DNA of 63,336 nt, filler included, from Olpidium bornovanus S191 (taxonomy: Eukaryota; Fungi; Olpidiomycota), in the NCBI GenBank assembly GCA_017911155.1. It is 32 parts of 32 records of this genome, joined end to end, with 100 filler letters (N's around TTAATTAATTAA, not from the genome) between each part and the next. Parts side by side here need not be neighbours in the genome. Positions count along the whole stretch, not along the records: positions 46,721 to 48,757 come from JAEFCI010007152.1; positions 48,858 to 51,203 come from JAEFCI010010598.1; positions 51,304 to 52,747 come from JAEFCI010002781.1; positions 52,848 to 53,937 come from JAEFCI010003492.1; positions 54,038 to 55,419 come from JAEFCI010009953.1; positions 55,520 to 57,134 come from JAEFCI010012856.1; positions 57,235 to 60,858 come from JAEFCI010000427.1; 25 more parts are not named here. The stretch is one strand, 5' to 3'. The position numbers and the translations under genes are program-made. The first letter of the stretch is position 1; each line of letters starts with the position of its first letter. The notes below the pieces were generated by a model. It worked only from the letters and a program-made list of their open reading frames with translations, was not told where the DNA came from and ran no database searches. Of this stretch, positions 48,030-59,319 are shown piece by piece.

Positions 48030-48440
48030 TCCAATTGGCGATTCTTGTCCAGCTCTCCCGGCTGTCCTATAAAACGCCGTTGCCAAGATGCTGCTGCGAT
48101 ATTCGTTTCTGCGGCGTCATAATGTGGGGAGGCCTTGCTTACAGATCTGGTGAAAATTGGGTTCAGACGCGAAAAACCAGGCATTTGAACTCCTCCAGAT
48201 TCTTTTGGGTAGGCGTTTGTTTTAGAAAGCTCCACTTTGAGTAGTAATGATTGTGGTGAGCAAAAAAGAACAAGGTGTAGTTGGTCGTGCTTCACAGGCA
48301 ACATTCCGGTTGCCAAAGGGGTTGGTACCGGCTTGTCGCCTTGCATAATGCTCCAGCACTTGTTGTATTTTGACTGGACCAGTGCGGTATGTAGTTCAGG
48401 TTTTGCGATCCAAATTCCCAGTGTAATGCTGGGTGAGCCC
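48030..48440 (-). mobile_element. Degenerate Ty1/copia RT C-terminal region
   Basis: ITLGIWI...LVQSKY...MQGDKPVPTPLATG...SVSK resembles the copia FLGIEI / LSQxKY / KPVxTP / AVSxL motifs. Confidence 0.6.
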
Positions 48441-48877
48441 GGTAGGTGAAACCCAGTGTCTGGCGCGACGAACGTCCGTGTCCGTCCGTCATCGAGCTCA
48501 GCCAATCAGAACCTTCCCCCCTCCCTCCCACCCCCACCCCCTTCGGGTGCTCGGTGAGGGCGCCCGCCGCCCCGGGTTCCGAAATCGATGCAAAACGTGC
48601 GAAAAAGCAGCTGGGATTCGAACTGTTGTTAGATGGTGACATGTAAACATTCTAGCCACTAAGATAAGTATCGTCACACACATCATCCTAAAAATATTTC
48701 TTGAGCTTCACGCTGGTGGCACGCGCCTGGAAGCGACAGAGGCAACAGGAAGGGTAANNNNNNNNNNNNNNNNNNNNNNNNNNNNNNNNNNNNNNNNNNN
48801 NTTAATTAATTAANNNNNNNNNNNNNNNNNNNNNNNNNNNNNNNNNNNNNNNNNNNNCCCCGGCCCCGGGTGGGTTG

Positions 48878-48922
<45 letters not shown>

Positions 48923-49341
48923 TCCTCTGCTACCGCTCTCCAAAATCCGCTTCGACCGTTCCCCCCTCCTCCCGCCCGTTCGGTTCGGAAGGGTTCTGTT
49001 TCGCTGTCTGCGGTTGCGGGCAAAACCGTGGTACGTGTTACTTTGTGGGGAGGAATCGGCCAAACCGATCTCCTGGAAATCTTGGCCGACGGTCCGCAAG
49101 CGCCCGCGAAGAGGACGAATCCGCCGCAGGCTCTGCGGGCGTGCTAAATGGAGGCGCGGGCGGCTGGCGTCCGATCCTTGCTTTGACAGCGCCGTCCCGG
49201 GAAACGGCCTCGGAGTCGGCCGCGGAGTCGGCCGCGCTCCGCCGCACCCGGTCCAACGAAGCGTCGTGCTCGCATGAGAGGAAAGAAAGCCGGGGAGGGG
49301 CGTTTGAGGGGGCCGACAAGAAAAACTCGGAGAGAAAGAAT

Positions 49342-49470
49342 TTTGATTGATTCCGGTTTTTGGTTTTGATTTGATTTGACTTTGGACTGAATTGAACTGA
49401 ATTGAATTTGATTGATCTGATTTGATCGGAGTTGAATGAAATTGAATTACATTGAACTGAATTGAATTGA
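49342..49470. repeat. Degenerate pentanucleotide satellite (ATTGA/ACTGA)n
   Basis: tttgatttgatttgac...actgaattgaactgaattgaa... Confidence 0.9.
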
Positions 49471-49627
49471 TGCCGCGGCGCAAACACTCTCCTCCCCTCC
49501 CAGAAGCGCAAGGCCGCGCCTTAACGCCCAAGACCGGGAGCGCGCCCGACGCAAGCGCCCGGCCCGGCGCCTTCGTGGCTAAAGGGGAGAGAGAGAGAGA
49601 GAGAGAGAGAGAAGAAGGCGGAGGAGT

Positions 49628-50950
49628 ATGCCAATGCAGACGCCGTCCGCAGGTGGCGACCTCCCGCAGAGAGCGCCCAGCTCTAAGCGGCCTCGGGACC
49701 GAAGGTCGGACCCGTCCCCGCCGGCGGCGTCGCCCGCGGGCCCCTCGCTGCCCCGCTCGCACGAGCCCGCACCGCGCGCCGGCGGGCCGCAGGCGGCGGG
49801 TTCGAACGTGTCCGCGGGGATGTGGGAGGTGGCCAAGCAGCTGGCGGAGCTGTCCACGAACATCATGCTCGCGCAGTCGGCGGAGGAGAAGTTCAAGGAG
49901 CTGGACCTTCTGTGCCGGGAGTTCTCCGACGAAGCCAACGCGGCGGGCGCGGCGGCGGCGAGGCGGCGGGACCTGGCGGCGCACCTGCGCGACGAGCGGG
50001 TCCGGGGCGCCCAGGACGCGCTGTGGAAAGTGCCCGCCGCGCTCACCCTCGCGGTGCAGGAGGTCCTGCGGCCCCTGCAGCAGCAGCAGGCCCCGCGGGC
50101 CGCGGATGAGAAGCTGCGGAGGCAGGTCGGGGAGCTGTCGGCGGAGCTGTCGTCCGTCCGGTCGGAGCTGGAAACCGCGAAGCGCGAAGCCAAAAGGCGC
50201 GCCGACGACTGCGTCGCCGCGGCGGAGGCGGCCAAGACCGAGGCGGCGCGGCGCCTCTACGAGGTGGAGCGCAAGGCCGGCGAGGCCGCCGCGGACAACG
50301 TCGCCCGCGCGAGGGAGACGCTCGAGCGGCAAGTCGCGGCGGTCCGGGCGGAGCTCCTCGCCGCGGAGGAGAGGAGAATACCCCAAGCCGTCGCCAGCTC
50401 CGTGCGCGGCGAGCTGGAAGGCGCTCTCGCGGGGGCCCCCGCTCGAGAACAGATCGCTAGGGAAGCGGAGGCCGCGGCGGCGCGCTGGGTCGCGGAGAGC
50501 TGGCACAAGACCCCCACGGGAAAGGCGAGCGCGGACCAGGGGCAGAAACTTGCCGATGTCGACGCGGCGGTGCGGAGGCACGACGCCAGGGCGGCCAAGC
50601 TGGAGGAAGACGTGGGCGCGCTAAAAGCGCTGGCGCGGGATCTGGCGGCCAAGAACGCCGAGGCGGACAAGCTCGGGCCGTGCCCCGAGGCATCCAAGCT
50701 GCAGGCGCAGCTGCAGACGCTGCAGCAAGCGGTGAACGAAATCTCGCAGTCCAGGATCTTGAGGTCGAAGACGTTCGGCGAGCGGCTGGAAAAATGGATG
50801 AACCGGATGGCGAACGACACCCAGAACCTTCTGGCCGAGGTTCGCCAGATAAAGGCGCACGTCGGATTGGAAGAAGGCGAGGTGCCCGAAGCCGGCGGAA
50901 ATTTGACGGCTCGCCATGTTGTGGGACAGGCGAAGGCGAAGGACGGCTAG
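49628..50950 (+). CDS. Uncharacterised long coiled-coil protein, 440 aa, single ORF
   Basis: ATG-to-TAG ORF with strong GC3 bias and Ala/Glu/Arg heptad-like composition. No recognised domain. Confidence 0.65.
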   Translation: MPMQTPSAGGDLPQRAPSSKRPRDRRSDPSPPAASPAGPSLPRSHEPAPRAGGPQAAGSNVSAGMWEVAKQLAELSTNIMLAQSAEEKFKELDLLCREFSDEANAAGAAAARRRDLAAHLRDERVRGAQDALWKVPAALTLAVQEVLRPLQQQQAPRAADEKLRRQVGELSAELSSVRSELETAKREAKRRADDCVAAAEAAKTEAARRLYEVERKAGEAAADNVARARETLERQVAAVRAELLAAEERRIPQAVASSVRGELEGALAGAPAREQIAREAEAAAARWVAESWHKTPTGKASADQGQKLADVDAAVRRHDARAAKLEEDVGALKALARDLAAKNAEADKLGPCPEASKLQAQLQTLQQAVNEISQSRILRSKTFGERLEKWMNRMANDTQNLLAEVRQIKAHVGLEEGEVPEAGGNLTARHVVGQAKAKDG

Positions 50951-51790
50951 ATTTTCAGGTGCCTAAAAGAGGAGAACTTGCGGATCCCGCAGGTAGTAAT
51001 GATGACTTGCGGTGGTGCGGGCCCGTCGATGTTTCCAGGCGCGGATGGAAAGTGTTTGGTGCGGAATGACTGGTGACTCTCCCATGGCGAAATAAGCCCA
51101 TCCGGCCAACGAGCGCACCGTTTGAGGACTCACTCGACTTTTCGCCGCCTCGACGCAGGGCAAACTTTGTGGTTTGGAGCGTTTGTGCTTGTGCTCGGGG
51201 CAANNNNNNNNNNNNNNNNNNNNNNNNNNNNNNNNNNNNNNNNNNNNTTAATTAATTAANNNNNNNNNNNNNNNNNNNNNNNNNNNNNNNNNNNNNNNNN
51301 NNNGACGTGACGAAGAAGAAACAGACCTGTGCTCAAGAATCCACTAATAACACGTAACGAGCGTATTTGAACTACGACGCCCTAATTCCTCGTCAAGGAT
51401 ACGTAGGCAGTCTATGATCGTTGGATACCCATCGGGAGACGTGGGACAAATAAAAAATCGTGCAGCGTGGGACGTGGAAGATTGCTGGAGGACGCACTCG
51501 GGACCGGACCATTCTCGCTCGTCGACCACGTTTGCTGACAGTACTATCTGCGGCATTACGGACAATTAGGTCGATGAAAGGGAGTGTGGCGCCTCGAGGC
51601 TCCAAACGTCAGGTTGAAGGCGAGGAAGGGATGGCGGCGATCTCGAATAAAGGAAGCAGGGTGACCAAGTTTCAACTACCAAATGCCAAGACCAAATTAC
51701 AAAACTTGATCTCAAAATTCCACCGTACTCATGGTTTTTTTTTATTTCGTTTCCCTCTGGAAGGAAGGGAAAAGGGGAGTGGCGTCGCGA

Positions 51791-52624
51791 CTACGGAGCG
51801 GGCGGTGTGTCAGCTGCCGCCAAGCCGGGAACCAACGCGTTGCCACTGGAGGAAGACCCGCCGGGAGCAACAATCGCCGAGGAAGACCCGCTGGCAGATG
51901 GCGTCGCGGGCGCGGCCACCGAGGAAGGCTTGCTGATACCAAGGGGCACGGGGACCGAAGAGGCGGAAGTCGACGACGGGAGGGCAACTGCGGCGGTTGT
52001 CCACGACCGCGTGCTACAATGACTGCTGGGGGCGGTGGCGGTCGTGATCCTGCGACTTGTTGTGGAGGCAGAGGTGGAGCCGGATGTTGCCGGGGCAGGC
52101 GCGTGTCTGGTCGTCGACGCGGAGGCGTGGCTGGCGCGAGCTTGCGACCGTGTGACGCAATCCGAAGGGGGAGGAACATTCTCGTCCCTGCCGCCTCCCT
52201 CAGGATTATCGTCGTCGTCGCGCGGAACGTCCCGCCAAATGTCTGGGAAGAAAAAATTTCGTGAGCGTGTTTGGCCCTGGTCGACCCGGGACATGTCAAT
52301 GGGAGGATCCTCTCGTGCGACCGCGAGCCGGCGGAGAAAATTATAGGATTTGGCGCTTTGGTGGAGCTCTGGGAACCAAGAGTTCCGGGCGCGGGGAGAA
52401 ATGGCTGCCGGGGCATCATCTGCAAGCTCGGCGTCTGGCTGCGGCGGAGAGACCGGGTGCATGAGGACGAGAACCTGAATATAACTGTCATCAGCGACGG
52501 GAGCGGGGCGCGGATCGTAGTCGCGATCTTCGGGGCTGCCGAGCCACAATACTGCGTGTCTGACGGCAAGAACAGGAATTCTAGATCGCGAGGATCCACG
52601 GGAAGCCAAAAGGAGGCTGGCCAA
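51791..52624 (-). CDS. Unidentified ORF, low-complexity C-terminal half
   Basis: A 277-codon open frame with a protein-like segment, RNSWFPELHQSAKSYNFLRRLAV. An overlapping frame is also open. Confidence 0.3.
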   Translation of the reverse strand: MASLLLASRGSSRSRIPVLAVRHAVLWLGSPEDRDYDPRPAPVADDSYIQVLVLMHPVSPPQPDAELADDAPAAISPRARNSWFPELHQSAKSYNFLRRLAVAREDPPIDMSRVDQGQTRSRNFFFPDIWRDVPRDDDDNPEGGGRDENVPPPSDCVTRSQARASHASASTTRHAPAPATSGSTSASTTSRRITTATAPSSHCSTRSWTTAAVALPSSTSASSVPVPLGISKPSSVAAPATPSASGSSSAIVAPGGSSSSGNALVPGLAAADTPPAP

Positions 52625-52927
52625 TTCATGACCTGGAGGGAGGCGTCAATCATCGATCGGCGAAGTCTGCAAGTAGACGTGGAAGAGGTTATCTATCAAA
52701 GTGGAGTTACAGTACGAAGGAGGGACCAAAACTGACTGGAGGAGGGCNNNNNNNNNNNNNNNNNNNNNNNNNNNNNNNNNNNNNNNNNNNNTTAATTAAT
52801 TAANNNNNNNNNNNNNNNNNNNNNNNNNNNNNNNNNNNNNNNNNNNNTTGCCTTTTTTTGTTTTTTTTTTTTTTTTTTTGGCAAGGAACCCGGACCGGCG
52901 CGGGGGGGAAAGCACGGAGACACCTAC

Positions 52928-52994
52928 TGTCGCCGAACGAGCCACTGCCGATTTTCTGCCCGAGGCGGAACTTGTTGCCTATCCTCAGCTCCAT
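52928..52994 (-). CDS. HRR25: Casein kinase I (delta/epsilon, Hrr25-type), first exon
   Basis: [22 protein letters not shown] followed by an A|GTAGGT phase-1 donor (the next codon would be Ile). Confidence 0.9.
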
Positions 52995-53236
52995 GGCTTT
53001 CTTCTACTCCGGTTTATTTTCGTCCGCGTTTGGGGGGGCCCTTTTTTTTTTTTTTTTTTTTTTTTGTTTTCCAACGCGCGCGGGCGGGTCGACGTCGACG
53101 CGCGCGGGGGTCGAGTTTTCGACGTTTTTTTTTTTTTTCGCCGTGGGCCGGGAGCGGGATGGGGAGGGGGACCGTCGAGGGCCTCGAGCGGCGGCCGGAG
53201 GGCGGCGAAAACTCTGCTTTTACTGCCCGTTTTTTT

Positions 53237-53273
<37 letters not shown>

Positions 53274-53404
53274 TTTCCCTCTGCTGAAACGAGAGCTGAA
53301 ACAAAGGGGGTTCAGGGGGGAGATAGTGCACCGCGCCCACCCGGGTTTTTCCCCTGAAATCCTCTCTATAAAGTAGGGTAGATTCCCGGAATAGAGCAGC
53401 TCCG

Positions 53405-53830
53405 CCTTCGCGCCACAGCCGCGGTCCCCGCCGCCGCCGCCATCGCCGCTGCACACTCCGCCGCAGCCGTCACCGCCTTCGCCGCGCTCCCGCCGCGCTC
53501 GCCCGCCGCGCTCCCGCCGCGCTCGCCCGCCGCGCTCCCGCCGCGCTCGCCCGCCGCGCGCACGCCGCGCTTCACCGCCTTCCGCACTTCGCCGTTGCCA
53601 CCATCTACGCGCTCCACCGCTGCGCACCCGCCGCAACCGCCTTCACCGCCATCGCCGCGCGCCCGCCGCGCTCCCCACCGCGCTCCCCGCTGCGCACCAG
53701 CCGCGCAGCCGCCGCGCGCTCGCCGCTCTCCACCGCTGCGCACTCCGCCACAGTCGCCGTGCCCGCGCTTCGCCGTCACCGCAGCGCAAGGGCCACGCAA
53801 CCATCGCCGTGCCCCACGCAACCGCCACAG
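53405..53830. repeat. GC-rich tandem repeat (cgccgcgctcc/cgccgcgctcgcc units)
   Basis: Three near-perfect 24-bp units at about 53480-53560 inside a longer degenerate ccgc array. Confidence 0.85.
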
Positions 53831-54547
53831 GACAACCATGGCCACTAGCGACGTCCTCGGTCGTCTCCGACGACTTGGGGTCAACACCGAACACAACACG
53901 CCCAACATGCAGGAAGACTCTACTGCAAGACATGAAANNNNNNNNNNNNNNNNNNNNNNNNNNNNNNNNNNNNNNNNNNNNTTAATTAATTAANNNNNNN
54001 NNNNNNNNNNNNNNNNNNNNNNNNNNNNNNNNNNNNNCATGCGGCTCGCCGTGTGCAAGCAGGCCCTTACGTTTACTCTCATTGCTTCGTCCGGAAGAGG
54101 ACTTGGCGCCGTCTTCGGCTGGCAAGCTGGGGATAACCCGGTGTGCTCCTACGCCTTACCCTTCTGACAAAAAACCCGTCGTCAGACTCTCCGAATAAGA
54201 ACAAACCGGTTGTGCCTCTGCTCATTGACGCGCGAAGAGCCAGTGAGGACGGGAGCTAATGAGTAGAGGGTGGGTCGTGGTTTTTCGACGTGCCGACCGT
54301 AAAAAGTTGGAAATGCTGGAGCTTGGTTGAAAAAAAGTCATAAACGAGGAAGAGCGGGAAAGAAGAGCGCGGAAAGTGCAACGCAAAATTGGGAATGATG
54401 CATTGGGAAAGTGGGGGGCGGAGGAGGTGGAAGGAGGGGGACGAGGGGGGGGGGACGTAAAGAGAGAGAGGGGGGGAATTGGACGCGCATAAAATGGATC
54501 CAGAAAGAATAAATGAGATTTTTCACAAGGTGCACGATCCAAAGCAC

Positions 54548-55282
54548 CAGGCGTCCCAGTGCCAGAGGTAAAGCGTGCCCGCCAGCTGTGCAGCGAGCCC
54601 GGAGAACGGCAGCACTTGCCGGACCTCGCCGCCGCGCATCGCGCTTATGACGAGGATCTGCCGTCGGTACAGCTGCGCCGCGGCCTGAAGCGTGAGAATG
54701 TCGCCCTAGTGGAGCGGGATACGTGAGTGAGCGGGGAGAACGCCTGTTTGAGTGATCATAAATTTCCCCGGAAACGAGTCATTGGAGTGGTGAAGCATTG
54801 ACACGGTTCAATAACAAACAGTCACATGCCGAGATAATGGTCATGAAGTCGCCGGAAGGAAGATGGTGGACTCATCATCAAGGGACCCGGAAAGGAAGTA
54901 CAGGCGGGAGAGGGGCGGTGGGGAAGGAGAAAGCGGGGACCACTCACCCAAACAGGCTCCTCGAGGTCCGCCAACCGGTCGCAGTAGGTGGCCCAATCGA
55001 TACCCTGTGGCAACGACACCAGGTCGGCTACTGTACGGTTGTCACCCTGCGCAGACCACGTGAAAGCGAGGCAAATGGAGATAGACAAAGCGTGGGCAAA
55101 AGCACAGGCCAGCACTCCTCCTCCATAACAAACAACGACCATCAGAACGATTACACTTACGAGCCTGAAGGCTGCGTGGGACTTCAGCCAGAGGGCAACC
55201 TCGCCGCGAACCATGGTGTAGTCGATCGACGCACCCGAGAGGCACAGCTGGTCGGCTACGGCGCGGAACTGGCAGTGAACGT
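54548..55282 (-). CDS. OTU-like cysteine protease (deubiquitinase) domain, partial
   Basis: Spliced: DVHCQFRAVADQL...VRGEVALWLKSH...WATYCDRLA...WGDILTLQAAAQLYRRQILVIS...LYLWHW, similar to the plant OTU9-12 type motifs. The exon carrying the catalytic His was not resolved. Confidence 0.8.
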
Positions 55283-55564
55283 CTGCAGGCAATAGACGGA
55301 CATGGCATCTGCGCGGGTCCAGGAGGGTAATGGGCGGCAGCCGGAAGATCGGGTCGGGATACGGAGGAGGAAAGTCCGGCGTATTCGGCTGGAATTTGGG
55401 AAAGTGAAATCAATAACGGNNNNNNNNNNNNNNNNNNNNNNNNNNNNNNNNNNNNNNNNNNNNTTAATTAATTAANNNNNNNNNNNNNNNNNNNNNNNNN
55501 NNNNNNNNNNNNNNNNNNNCCCTGCCACAAAACTAGCGCAAACTCCGGAGAAAGTTGAACCCAC

Positions 55565-57134
55565 CCAGTTCAATCTACTTTCCCAATCCACAAGGGGTCC
55601 GCAATTCACGAACAATTTGCACGAGTCAGCTAAATATCATAGGCAACGCCAAGTGGGACTGGACGTTCAGAGCAGAAGAGTACCTGCCGATCAGTCGCGG
55701 TTTCCGAATCCTTGTCCAGGTCCCGATATGCCGCCCGGTAATCCCCGGTCACGCCCAGAACCGCAGCCCAGATTAAACCCCGCAGCAGCGGCGGCACGTC
55801 GACCTTTGCGTGGTAAATAATCTCATCGCGCGACGCCGGATACTGGCTGAGGAGTTCGCGGAACAGGCGCACGCGGCGGCACTGGTATACGATCGACTTC
55901 TCGCGCATGAGCAGCGGGACAGTGACGTTGTTCGCTGGCTCGGGCGTCGTGTCGGCCGCTGCGGACACGGGGGGCGGAGTTGAGGCAAACGGCGCGCTTT
56001 TTTTGTTCATGGACTGCGTTGACGACCCCGCAGACGATAAAAGGGCGGTGTTGGAGAGTGACGTGGCCGCGTGAGCAGAAGCCGGAGCCAGAGGCATCGA
56101 CAACGCGTCGCAGTCGTCGTTCCCATTCGTGTCCGGCAGCGCGGGCGCATCGTACAACTTATCGGGGAAATCCGACGGAACGGAGTCGCCGTCGACGAAT
56201 TGATAATCCGTGTCGGACATAGACGACGGCGGCCCTCTTCCCGAATTGTCCAGTTGCCACGGTTGATTTTTTGGGTTTCCGGTGATAAAACTAATTTCGT
56301 CTGGGTCGGTCAAGCTGAAGTAATCCGTGTCCCAGTTGATTGGTTCGGCAGCTTTAGACGGCCCCGCAGGTTTCGCTCGCTGACCATCATTTCCGATGTT
56401 CACGGCTTCTTCGTATCTCTGTTTCACCTCTTTAAGGGATAGCACCGTGGTGGTAGCGGAGAAGAGGGACTCCGCGACACCTGTCATCATGACTCCGCCT
56501 TCTGCTGCGCCGTCTCTCGATCGAGGAACTGCTTGGTGGTCGGCGGCTTCGGCTACTCGCACAAGGCGCGGGGCCCGGCATACAGGCGGCGTGGTCAAGA
56601 GAGCGCCCCGCTTTGCCAATTCCAACTCCACATCGCCTCCGGCCAGTCGCCAAAAGTAATATAAATACGCCGGCGGACTTTCGAAGAGCAGGTCCGACAG
56701 CCGCTCCTCGTCAATGTCACTTGTCGTGCCAGACGACGAGTGAGATAAAGGTTCGCCTCCTCCCGTGTTCAGGGCTAGCGAGGTGCTTGCAAGATATGGC
56801 TTCTTAGTCCATACCTGAACCGTTGGATCACATTTGGATGCCAGGAACCGGTGGCAGAGGGCTTGTTTGGGCAAAGGCCGCTTTCTGAAGTCCGGTTCCA
56901 AGCAGTCGAGCACGAACTCCCTGAAGTGCAGACACTCTTCCAACACGCCTGTACTGCACAGGTTATCTCCACGAAGGAAGCGCAGCGCCGGCTCGCTTAA
57001 CATATCCCATATCCCATGGTTGCGTTCCCCGACAGTCCATTTAGGGATCTGGTCGGAGGCAGGAGAGCTCATTGACAAGACCGCGAGTTCTGCGATAGCA
57101 CGCAGCAAACGCTCAAGTTTTACGCCAACGCGAG
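55565..57134 (-). CDS. TBCK: TBC domain-containing pseudokinase TBCK, internal part
   Basis: End of the kinase lobe (FVLDCLEPDFRKRP), then YYFWRLAGGDVE, then TBC start DVPPLLRGLIWAAVLGV...DRQ joined to a 10-nt exon giving IELD. Confidence 0.9.
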
Positions 57135-57234
57135 NNNNNNNNNNNNNNNNNNNNNNNNNNNNNNNNNNNNNNNNNNNNTTAATTAATTAANNNNNNNNNN
57201 NNNNNNNNNNNNNNNNNNNNNNNNNNNNNNNNNN

Positions 57235-58503
57235 CATGGCGACGCACTGCTGGGTCTCAACATCCCAGGATCTTACGGTCTGGTCGCCGGCGCCGGTCAA
57301 AAGCGTTTTATCGTCGGCAGACCAGGACACGTCAAATATGGCGTTGTCGTGTGCTATCCAAGAGGCCTTGACGTCACCTGCAATTTTACACAAGCGTCAC
57401 ATCTCTGGACGTTTACCCTCAGAAAACGCGCGCTGCCTACGTAGGGCATAACGCTCACGGTCGTCGGAACGTCCATCGTAGGACATGGTCGTCAGGATTC
57501 TAACCGTGCCGTTTTCGTCAGTAACAACAAGATAGCGTCCATCCATGAGCACTGCTCCGCTCCGCCGTTAGATGGGAGTGCCGGATGCGGTGTGGCGCAT
57601 ACAAGCAGAGCAACGGGAGGGATCGCTCACCGTTGTTAAACACGCAGCAGAAGGGCGGCACGGGCAAATTATTATCGTCCAGTACGCCAAAGATATCCTC
57701 CTCCTTTGAAACAAAGCTCTTGACCATCGGCCTCAAGGAGGCTAGTCGCGAAACAGAGTCAACAGCGGCCTTGTGGTTCGGAAGTTCTGAGGCTAGTTTC
57801 ACGCGAAGAAGAGCAGGACCATCGTTTTGTTTGATGGTCAACCTTCCGACTCACAGCTTTGGCGCCGAGGTCTCGCGATCGGAAACAGCTGTCGCCACCA
57901 GAACGCGTCCACCGAGTTGATGCGAGCGCCAAGGCGTGCATTGCTGAGGCCGAACGGCAAGAACAACTTGGTTTGCCGAGTTGGCGGGGAAACGACCGCC
58001 GGGTCCGGAAAGTAGCGCGGCGGTCGGCTGCAACGCCACTCGAGGGGAGCGCGGCGTCTGGGCCGCGGTGATTTGGAGGCGCGCTCGGAACGCGACGTGT
58101 CGCCCGCCGACGGCGCTTCGAGGTCGCCGGCGGTCGGCGCTTCCGCTCGAGGAAAACCGGTCGGCGGCGCTGGCGCGGAGTTTTCGTCGTTTCCGGGACC
58201 GGGATCGTCCACCGGCCGGTAGATTTCGCACGGCGGCGGCGGGTCCGAAGGCGACAGGATTTTGCGCGGCGTTGCCGGTCCTTCTTCGCCGCCGGTCACA
58301 GAGCCGGAAAGCGCCCCGTGGCACGGCGAGGCGGCTCCGCGCGCGTGCACCTTCGCGGACGGGAAAGAGGGGGCCGCGTTCTCGCCGCGACGAACCTCCC
58401 TGGTGATGTCTCTGAGGGGCGGCGGCGACGGCAGTAGGCCCGGCGGCGGCGGCGGCGGCGCGGCGATCCCGGCGAAAACCGATCTCGAGCGCTTTCCGGA
58501 CAT
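57235..58503 (-). CDS. DTL: WD40 protein Cdt2/DTL (CRL4 substrate receptor), 3' partial
   Basis: VPPFCCVF, YLVVTDENGTVRI and WIAHDNAIFDVSWSADDKTLLTGAGDQTVRSWDV. Confidence 0.8.
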
Positions 58504-59319
58504 GGTGTAGTTCGAGTGTGTTGTTGGTGGGCCGAACCGCCCGGCCCCCAACAAAAAATAACAAAAAAAAAAATCCTGCCCAGGCGGGAAAACGCCTGAA
58601 CGACGGCGAAACGACGGCGAACGGGCGCTTCCGCACTATCTTCCTCCTCTCCGGGGAATCCTGGATAACAGTGGCGGCCGCCAGTAACAACACGGCAAAC
58701 CTCCTAAAGAGAGGTCGTGCGTGCTTGGGTTCCGCGGACTCTTTTCAGAATGAGCGATACCATGAGCCTTCGGGAGGCCATGTCTGCAGCGTTGACGTCG
58801 CTATGCACGAGACCAATGTTGCTTGCTGCCGCCCCAATCAATCCCACTTCCTGCAGCCATTGCTTCAGTGCACAGACTCAGAACTGAGTGCACAGAGGAT
58901 GCGGTTGTGCCACACAGAAATTATCCACCATCTGCGTCCAGCTGTTGGGTATTTGGCCTCTGCGGAGCATGCCAGTCACGCAGCGTTGTTTCGCTGAAGA
59001 CCGGGGCGGAAGCGTGGGGAAGGGAAGAGCCGGAGGGCTTTTTAGACGAAGAGGGATCGAGCGAGCTGACTCCCGCGCGCATGTTGCCTCCCGCCCACCG
59101 CCGATTTGCACGCCGCGGTGCGGGACGGACGGTCGCCGTGGGGGCCGGGGCGGGAGCGGGGGACCCGGAGGAAACGCGGCCCGGCACGCGCAGCATTTCC
59201 TCCCAGGCAAGCGTCCACGCACACGAGAGATAGCGAGAGAGCGAGAGAGAGAGAGAGAGAGGGAGAGAGAGGGAGAGAGAGACACCCCGCCGTCTGCGCC
59301 ACCGCGGGGCGCGCCGGCC

